Of a stretch of DNA of 64,000 nt, positions 58,321 through 64,000 are shown in pieces. Made by a program: the position numbers and the translations under genes. Each line of letters starts with the position of its first letter. Positions within the stretch are counted from its first letter, which is position 1. The stretch covers positions 25,890-89,889 of the forward strand of contig CACFOR010000004.1 of assembly GCA_902567785.1 (NCBI GenBank), written 5' to 3'. The notes beneath the pieces were generated by a model. The model made no database searches and was not told the DNA's origin. It saw only the letters and a program-made list of their open reading frames with translations. The DNA is from an uncultured Pelagibacteraceae bacterium. Lineage in GTDB: Bacteria; Pseudomonadota; Alphaproteobacteria; Pelagibacterales; Pelagibacteraceae.

Positions 58321-59370
58321 ATGGGTACAATTAAACTTCCAAAAAAATCAATTAAATTTTTTAAAACTAATCAGAATAAAATATTTAAATCTGGTAAACT
58401 TGCGGAAGGACCATGGAACAGTAAACTTTCGGAAAAAATAAAAAGTATAACAAACTCTAAAAATGCAATTCCAGTCAATTCGAATGGTAGCGGGTTAACG
58501 GCTCTCTTACTAATTTACAAGGAATACTATGGAAGAACCGACATAATGATACAGTCGAATACAATGTATGGAGTAAAAGTAATTACAAAAACAGCAGGAT
58601 ATAATCTTGTTGATTATATTGATTGTAGACTTGAGACATTAATGCCGAATTTTGAAGATTTAAAAAAAGCAGTTGATCATTATAACAATAAAACTGAAAA
58701 ATTAGTTATCATGCTAAGTGACATTGGAGGAATAATTAATCCAGATATTAAAAAAATTTCAGAATTTTGCAAAGAAAAAAATATTATTTTAATAGAAGAT
58801 AGCGCTCATAGTTTTGGCTCAACACTAAATAATAAATTTTCAGGTACATTTGGGAATGCAGGAGTATATTCTTATTATTCTACCAAAGCGATTTTTGCTG
58901 GAGAAGGAGGAATAGTAGTTACCAATGATAATAATCTTGCTGAGTTGATAAAAGATTTTATTGCATACGATCGATTTAAACAAAAAATGGAAATTGGTTG
59001 CAACTTTAGACTAGCAGAATTGCAGGCTTTGATGATTTATTCAGTGGTTAAGGAATATAGAGAAATAATAAAAAATAAATCGAAAATAGCTAATAAATAT
59101 TCTAAAATTTGTGACAAACTTAAAATTAAGTATATATCTCAAAAAACTGATATTATTACCGGAAATTATTATAAATTTATTCTAATTTCTCCAAATAAAA
59201 AAATTTCTGAATTGTTACCAAAGGTTAAAACTATAACTTCGAAAGTTTATGATTATTCTCTTGGGAATAGCACGCAGATTCCTTCGCAACATCTATGCTT
59301 GCCTATATGGTATAATTTGGAAAAATCTATATCTAATAAAGTTGTTAAAGAATTATTATTATCAAAATAA
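58321..59370 (+). CDS. DegT/DnrJ/EryC1/StrS-family PLP-dependent (sugar) aminotransferase
   Basis: The ORF track starts at TTG 58288; the first ATG is 58321 (MGTIKLPKK). It has EDSAHSFGS and the PLP-lysine context YSYYSTKAIFAGEGGIVVTND. Confidence 0.8.
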   Translation: MGTIKLPKKSIKFFKTNQNKIFKSGKLAEGPWNSKLSEKIKSITNSKNAIPVNSNGSGLTALLLIYKEYYGRTDIMIQSNTMYGVKVITKTAGYNLVDYIDCRLETLMPNFEDLKKAVDHYNNKTEKLVIMLSDIGGIINPDIKKISEFCKEKNIILIEDSAHSFGSTLNNKFSGTFGNAGVYSYYSTKAIFAGEGGIVVTNDNNLAELIKDFIAYDRFKQKMEIGCNFRLAELQALMIYSVVKEYREIIKNKSKIANKYSKICDKLKIKYISQKTDIITGNYYKFILISPNKKISELLPKVKTITSKVYDYSLGNSTQIPSQHLCLPIWYNLEKSISNKVVKELLLSK

Positions 59371-59383
59371 ATCTAAATAGCGA

Positions 59384-59456
59384 AGTTCACAATTAGAATT
59401 GAATTCATGACCTCTTACTTACCATGTTGATGCTCTACTAAATAAGCCATATGAGC
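59384..59456 (-). pseudogene. tRNA-Thr(GGU)-like relic with exact 73-nt tRNA geometry but about 5 stem mismatches
   Basis: The minus strand reads GCTCATA-TG-GCTT-ATTTAGTA-GAGC-A-TCAAC-ATGGTAA-GTAAG-AGGTC-ATGAA-TTCAATT-CTAAT-TGTGAAC-T. It keeps T8, A14, A21, T33, A37, T54-T55-C56, A58 and C61. Mismatches are 2:71 C-A, 28:42 C-A, 29:41 A-A, 51:63 G-A and 53:61 A-C. There is no GG in the D loop and no CCA. Confidence 0.4.
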
Positions 59457-59581
59457 TCCCGTAAAATTAGAAATATCAAAAAGAGAGTTTTTAGTTAAGC
59501 AAGAAATTGCCATATTATTTAAGTAACTTGACAATAGAGCAAACAACAAAGTAAAAGCTAATATCAATTAATGGAAAATTT

Positions 59582-59785
59582 ATGGGCATACATTACGACT
59601 ATAAATCAAAACGTGGTGAAAGAGCTATGTTGAAAGAAGCAAAGAGAAAAGCGAGACTTGCTCAACGTAGAGCTAAAAGACTTTTGTCTTCTGGAACTCA
59701 GGATCAGGATAAAGAAGAAATCAAGACGCATGATATTAAAAAAACAATTACTTTAGATGATTTAACAAATCCAGGTCAAAAATAA
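59582..59785 (+). CDS. Small basic hypothetical protein
   Basis: 67-aa ORF in a region that is otherwise intergenic. It has a K/R-rich helix (KEAKRKARLAQRRAKRL). No family was recognised. Confidence 0.35.
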   Translation: MGIHYDYKSKRGERAMLKEAKRKARLAQRRAKRLLSSGTQDQDKEEIKTHDIKKTITLDDLTNPGQK

Positions 59786-59911
59786 GAAATGAATGCAAAT
59801 AAATCTAAAAAAAGAACAAAGAAAAAAAAGAATTGAAAGATCATTAAAAAATAATCTTAAAAAAAGAAAAATTTTTCAAAAAAAATATAACAGAGAAGTA
59901 TTAAATAACAA

Positions 59912-60466
59912 ATGAGCGTTTTATCAGATCGTTGGATTAAAAAAATGGCTCTAGAAAAAGAAATGATAACCCCTTTTGTATCTGAGCAGAAAAAAAATAA
60001 AGTAATATCTTATGGCCTATCTTCTTTTGGTTATGATGCGAGAGTTTCTGATGAATTTAAAATTTTTACAGACGTTGACTCTGCAGTTGTTGATCCTAAA
60101 AATTTCAAAAATAACAGCTTTGTATCAAGAAAAGTCAATGAATGTATTATTCCACCCAACTCTTTTGCACTAGCAAGTACTATAGAGTATTTTAAAATAC
60201 CAAAAGATATTTTGGTTATATGTTTAGGCAAATCAACTTACGCAAGATGTGGAATAATAGTTAATGTTACACCGCTTGAACCAGGTTGGGAAGGCCATGT
60301 GACGCTTGAATTTTCCAACACAACACCTCTGCCCGCAAAAATTTATGCTAACGAGGGAGCGGCCCAATTTGTTTTTTTAAAAGGAAATGAAGAACCAAGC
60401 ATTACTTATGAAAAAAGGGAAGGGAAATATATGAAACAAACTGGCGTAACTTTACCTAAAGTGTAA
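59912..60466 (+). CDS. dcd: dCTP deaminase
   Basis: 184 aa starting MSVLSDRWI with GYDARV and [29 protein letters not shown]. Confidence 0.9.
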   Translation: MSVLSDRWIKKMALEKEMITPFVSEQKKNKVISYGLSSFGYDARVSDEFKIFTDVDSAVVDPKNFKNNSFVSRKVNECIIPPNSFALASTIEYFKIPKDILVICLGKSTYARCGIIVNVTPLEPGWEGHVTLEFSNTTPLPAKIYANEGAAQFVFLKGNEEPSITYEKREGKYMKQTGVTLPKV

Positions 60467-60477
60467 CTTAAATATTA

Positions 60478-61731
60478 ATGGAAAAATTGGAAATTAAAGG
60501 TGGAAGAAAAATATCTGGGACAATTCCAATATCTGGATCAAAAAACGCAACTTTACCAATACTAGCCGCAACAATATTAACCGATAAAAAAATTATCATA
60601 AAAAACATACCAATTGTTCGCGATGTTCAAACGATGGCATTACTTTTGAGTACTATTGGATCAAATGTTAAATTAAGCCAAAAGAATAAAAAAATTGAAA
60701 TAATTAACAATAATAAACTAAAAACATTTGCCCCTTATAATTTACTTAAGACCATGCGAGCAGGAATTTTGGTTTTGGGCCCACTACTGGCGAAATATGG
60801 TGTGGCGAAAGTTTCTTTACCAGGAGGATGTTCTATAGGGTCAAGACCAATAGATTTACATTTAAATGCACTTAAAAAGATGGGAGCGAGAATCAAAGTA
60901 AAAAATGGATATATTATTGCGTCAGCAAAAAAAGGTTTAAGGGGGTGTTTAATAAAATTTCCAAAAATATCGGTAGGAGCAACAGAAAACATATTAATAG
61001 CAGCTTGCTTTTCAAAAGGTATTACTAAATTAAGAAATTGTGCAACAGAACCTGAGATTAAAGATTTAATTCAATTTTTAAAAAAAATTGGTTGCAGAAT
61101 TATACAATCTGGAAAAAGAAGCATAAATGTGATTGGTGTAAAAAAATTAAAATCAGCAACGCATAAAGTTATTTTTGATAGAATAGAAGCAGGGACCTAT
61201 ATTATTGCGGCTGCATTAACTAATGGTAGAGCAAAAATTACTGATATTGATCCAAAAATTATTTCTACAGAAATTAACTTACTAAACAAAATGAAAGTTA
61301 AAATAATTAAGAAAAAAAATCATATAATTGTATTTGGTTCAAAAAAAATAAAGAGTATTAATGTTACAACAAAACCATATCCAGGTTTTCCAACTGATTT
61401 ACAAGCTCAATTAATGGTTCTTATGACAATGGCAAACGGAATTTCAACGATAAAGGAAAATATTTTTGAAAATCGCTTCATGCACGTTTCTGAGTTAAGA
61501 AGAATGGGTGCACATATTCAAATTTTTGGCAATAAGGCAAAAATTTATGGTAAAAGTAAACTTTATGGAGCAGAAATAATGGCCACAGATTTAAGAGCTT
61601 CGGTTTGTTTAGTACTTGCTGGGTTAGTTGCAAAAGAAAAAACAATTTTAAATAGAATCTATCATTTAGATAGGGGATATGAAAAAATAGAAAAAAATTG
61701 TCAAATTGTGGTGCAAAAATTAGAAGATTAA
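60478..61731 (+). CDS. murA: UDP-N-acetylglucosamine 1-carboxyvinyltransferase
   Basis: 417 aa with GSKNATLPILAA, the active-site GGCSIGSRPIDLH, and FPTDLQAQ. Confidence 0.95.
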   Translation: MEKLEIKGGRKISGTIPISGSKNATLPILAATILTDKKIIIKNIPIVRDVQTMALLLSTIGSNVKLSQKNKKIEIINNNKLKTFAPYNLLKTMRAGILVLGPLLAKYGVAKVSLPGGCSIGSRPIDLHLNALKKMGARIKVKNGYIIASAKKGLRGCLIKFPKISVGATENILIAACFSKGITKLRNCATEPEIKDLIQFLKKIGCRIIQSGKRSINVIGVKKLKSATHKVIFDRIEAGTYIIAAALTNGRAKITDIDPKIISTEINLLNKMKVKIIKKKNHIIVFGSKKIKSINVTTKPYPGFPTDLQAQLMVLMTMANGISTIKENIFENRFMHVSELRRMGAHIQIFGNKAKIYGKSKLYGAEIMATDLRASVCLVLAGLVAKEKTILNRIYHLDRGYEKIEKNCQIVVQKLED

Positions 61732-61823
61732 AATAATAATTATTAAAAGGGGTTAATTTCAAAATATAATTGGATGTTGAAATTTGGTATTTTTTTTTAT
61801 AAAAACTGCGAAAGGATTAAAAA

Positions 61824-62039
61824 TTGGCAAAACAAGATTTTTTAGAATATAAAGGTGAAGTAAAAGAGCTATTACCTAATGCAATGTTTAGAGTTAAGCT
61901 TGAAAACAATCATGAAATCTTAGCACATACCGCTGGAAAATTAAAAAAAAATAGAATAAGAATATTGACCGGCGATAATGTTTTAGTTCAAATTACTCCT
62001 TACGATCTAACTAAAGGAAGAATAATTTATCGGTTTTAA
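61824..62039 (+). CDS. infA: Translation initiation factor IF-1
   Basis: 71 aa from a TTG start, reading [51 protein letters not shown]. Confidence 0.9.
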   Translation: MAKQDFLEYKGEVKELLPNAMFRVKLENNHEILAHTAGKLKKNRIRILTGDNVLVQITPYDLTKGRIIYRF

Positions 62040-62042
62040 TTA

Positions 62043-62118
62043 GGCCAGGTAGCTCAGTCGGTAGAGCAGAGCCCTGAAAAGGCTTGTGTCGGCGGTTCGA
62101 TTCCGTCCCTGGCCACCA
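62043..62118 (+). tRNA. tRNA-Phe (anticodon GAA), CCA encoded
   Basis: Hand-folded. The acceptor is GGCCAGG/CCTGGCC. The anticodon stem is GAGCC/GGCTT with loop CTGAAAA. The T arm is GGCGG-TTCGATT-CCGTC. Total length is 76 nt. Confidence 0.9.
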
Positions 62119-62221
62119 CGTTTTGGCTATCTTTGAACTTGACATATGTATTCAAAATCTATTAAAGAGGTTTTGTTGTAGATAAACTGCAACACATTAT
62201 TAACAAACAAGGAACGAGTAA

Positions 62222-62428
62222 ATGAGTCTTAAAGGAAAAGTAAAATGGTTTAATGGAAAAAAAGGTTATGGTTTCATTGAACGTGAAGATAAAGAAAAAG
62301 ATGTTTTTGTTCATCACACAGCAGTAAGAGCTGCTGGCTTAAAATATCTTAATGAAGGCGATGAACTAACATTTGAAGTTGAGAACGGCGAAAAAGGTCC
62401 TTCCGCAGTAAATCTGCAAAAAGCTTAA
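62222..62428 (+). CDS. Cold-shock protein (CspA family)
   Basis: 68 aa with [16 protein letters not shown] (RNP1) and DVFVHH (RNP2). Confidence 0.9.
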   Translation: MSLKGKVKWFNGKKGYGFIEREDKEKDVFVHHTAVRAAGLKYLNEGDELTFEVENGEKGPSAVNLQKA

Positions 62429-62456
62429 TCGTATTTCAATAAATTTCATAAAATTT

Positions 62457-62493
62457 GGGGCAGAACTTATTAATATTTAATTTGAACTGCCCC
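62457..62493 (+). terminator. Stem-loop GGGGCAG...CTGCCCC between the two csp genes (possible terminator or processing site)
   Basis: A 7-bp GC-rich stem with a long AT-rich loop, read directly. The downstream tract is only weakly T-rich. Confidence 0.3.
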
Positions 62494-62555
62494 AATAAAA
62501 TTTGTTGTTAGATTGACTATCAATGAATTTATAATAAACAAAGAAAGGTAATAAC

Positions 62556-62759
62556 ATGAGTATCAAAGGAAAAGTAAAATGGTTTAACCCACAAAAGGGT
62601 TATGGTTTTATTGAACGAGATGACAAAGAAAAAGATGTTTTCGTTCATTCTTCTGCAGCCCAAGCAGCAAGCTTGGAATTAAATGAAGGGGACCAATTAA
62701 CATTTGATGTTGAGACAGGTCAAAAAGGTCCTTCCGCAGTTAACTTACAAAAAGTTTAA
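62556..62759 (+). CDS. Cold-shock protein (CspA family), second tandem paralog
   Basis: 67 aa with [16 protein letters not shown] and DVFVHS. Confidence 0.9.
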   Translation: MSIKGKVKWFNPQKGYGFIERDDKEKDVFVHSSAAQAASLELNEGDQLTFDVETGQKGPSAVNLQKV

Positions 62760-62773
62760 TTGTATACAATCTA

Positions 62774-62811
62774 TTGTTGCAAAGTAGAAAAAATATGTTA
62801 CTTTGCAGCAA
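62774..62811 (+). terminator. 13-bp stem-loop (TTGTTGCAAAGTA / TACTTTGCAGCAA) downstream of the second csp
   Basis: Read directly; the stem has one G-U pair. No clear U-tract follows, so its role as a terminator is uncertain. Confidence 0.35.
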
Positions 62812-62943
62812 TGATTGAAAATTTAAAAATCATAAACATTCTAAATGCAAAACACCATTTTGCACATGCTAGGCTATTGCTTAGCTAAATCATTACATAT
62901 TTAAAATACAAATTTATTAACAAATAATATAAAAAGGAGTTAT

Positions 62944-63020
62944 GCAGCAGTAGCTCAGTTGGTTAGAGCACTAGTTTGTGGAACTAGGGGTCGGTGGTTC
63001 GAATCCACCCTGCTGTACCA
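62944..63020 (+). tRNA. tRNA-His (anticodon GUG) lacking an encoded G-1; discriminator A73; CCA encoded
   Basis: Hand-folded. The acceptor is GCAGCAG/CTGCTGT (G1:U72). The anticodon stem is CTAGT/ACTAG with loop TTGTGGA. The T arm is GGTGG-TTCGAAT-CCACC. The base at -1 is T. Confidence 0.9.
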
Positions 63021-63025
63021 AAATA

Positions 63026-64000
63026 ATGAGTAAAGAAAAAAATCTTAAACCCTCAAAGGAATTACCTTTAGGTTTTGTAGATAGACAGGAAAAAGAATTA
63101 TTAATCCGAGATTTTATAATTTCTAATATTAAAGAGGTTATGACTAAGTACGGATTTCAATATCTCGAGACACCAAGTTTTGAGTATACGGATAGTATTG
63201 GAAAATTTTTGCCTGACAAAGAAAGACCAGACCAAGGAGTGTTTTCTTTCAAAGATGAAAATAAATGGTTATCACTTCGATATGACCTTACTGCTCCTTT
63301 AGCAAGGTACGTTGCAAAAAACTACCTAGAGATACCTAAACCTTTTAAACGTTATCAACTAGGAACTGTATGGAGAAACGAAAAACCAGGACCCGGGAGA
63401 TTTAGAGAGTTTTTGCAATTTGATGCAGATTATGTAGGGACAAAAAGTTTACAATCTGATGCTGAACTTTGTGTATTAATATCAGAGATATTAGAAAAAT
63501 GTGGATTAGATAAAAAAGATTATACTGTCAAGATTTCTTCTAGAAAATTCACTGATAAACTCTTTGGGCAATTAAAAATTAAAACAAAAGAGCAAATATC
63601 AACTACTTTACGTGCTCTTGATAAGATCGATAGACTTGGGTGGGAAGAGGCAAAGAAACTTCTTCGAGAAGGCAGAAAAGACAAATCTGGAGATTACACA
63701 AAGGGTGCAAATCTTAATAATGATCAGATAAAAATAATTGAAAATGCTTTAAAAAGCAAAACATCTGATAGTGAAGATGTTTTAGAAATTATCAAAATAT
63801 TTAAAGATTATAATTTTGAAAATTATAAATTTGATCCATCGGTGATAAGAGGTTTGGAATATTATACAGGTCCTATTTTTGAGGTTAATTTAAATTTTCA
63901 GGTAAAGAATTCAAAAGGACAAGCTATTCAATTTGGTTCAATAGGGGGAGGCGGAAGATACGATAATCTTGTAAGCAATTTTGGAAATTTTGATTGTCCC
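63026..64000 (+). CDS. hisS: Histidyl-tRNA synthetase (3'-truncated by window end)
   Basis: This open frame is absent from the ORF track because it has no stop in the window. It reads MSKEKNLKPSKELPLGFVD...LRYDLTAPLARY...RYQLGTVWRNEKPGPGRFREFLQFDAD...GLEYYTG...GGGGRYD, which are class IIa HisRS motifs. Confidence 0.85.
   Translation, partial: MSKEKNLKPSKELPLGFVDRQEKELLIRDFIISNIKEVMTKYGFQYLETPSFEYTDSIGKFLPDKERPDQGVFSFKDENKWLSLRYDLTAPLARYVAKNYLEIPKPFKRYQLGTVWRNEKPGPGRFREFLQFDADYVGTKSLQSDAELCVLISEILEKCGLDKKDYTVKISSRKFTDKLFGQLKIKTKEQISTTLRALDKIDRLGWEEAKKLLREGRKDKSGDYTKGANLNNDQIKIIENALKSKTSDSEDVLEIIKIFKDYNFENYKFDPSVIRGLEYYTGPIFEVNLNFQVKNSKGQAIQFGSIGGGGRYDNLVSNFGNFDCP

Noticed and set aside
59793-59915. 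40-codon Lys/Arg-rich ORF ([40 protein letters not shown]) ending in an ATGA overlap with dcd
   Set aside because: The overlap is suggestive, but the sequence is A-rich low-complexity DNA in which K/N/R-rich frames arise by chance. There is not enough evidence to call it a gene without conservation data.
62139-62165. TTGACA ... TATTAA as the csp promoter
   Set aside because: The -35 hexamer is a perfect consensus, but the spacer to the best -10 candidate is only 15 nt. It is too uncertain to annotate.

Overview
The window is visibly AT-rich, gene-dense DNA with many 1-4 nt gene overlaps and very short intergenic spacers. GC content was not computed. Gene content and order fit a streamlined marine alphaproteobacterium of the SAR11/Pelagibacterales type; this is an inference from class I LysRS, the J-domain/CobS/CobT/BolA cluster and a tRNA-His without G-1.

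Most of the window is housekeeping core:
- aceE and an E2 gene, gltD-gltB, and thrS-infC-rpmI-rplT-pheS-pheT-lepA
- ampG/NlpC-P60, trkH, lysK, pyrD, ccdA, rpmB, aroK-aroB and def-fmt-truA
- dapE-dapD, argB, yidC-yidD-rnpA-rpmH, dcd, murA, infA, two csp genes and hisS
- three intact tRNAs: Ser-GGA, Phe-GAA and His-GUG

The clear accessory locus lies just downstream of tRNA-Ser(GGA), at about 21.7-26.8 kb. The last 67 nt of the tRNA recur three more times in direct orientation and delimit three small cargo modules.
- Modules B and C share conserved arm sequences on both sides of the tRNA fragment. The arms carry paired GGTCGCA motifs 11 bp apart, which makes an attP-like composite.
- No integrase is present, so these look like tandem integrase-less satellite islands.
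- Module C encodes an HNH-WYL fusion protein, a chain of translationally coupled small ORFs and a secreted SNase-like nuclease. It is the best candidate for an undescribed defence or mobility system.

Other items worth a second look:
- an E2 acyltransferase with no lipoyl domain
- a T8 homopolymer that separates an ATG-initiated N-terminus from the trkH body
- a decayed tRNA-Thr-like relic next to a small FkbM/FAD/DegT sugar-modification-like cluster
- a strongly signalled 16-codon hydrophobic mini-ORF

All calls rest on reading the sequence and the translations. No database search was run.
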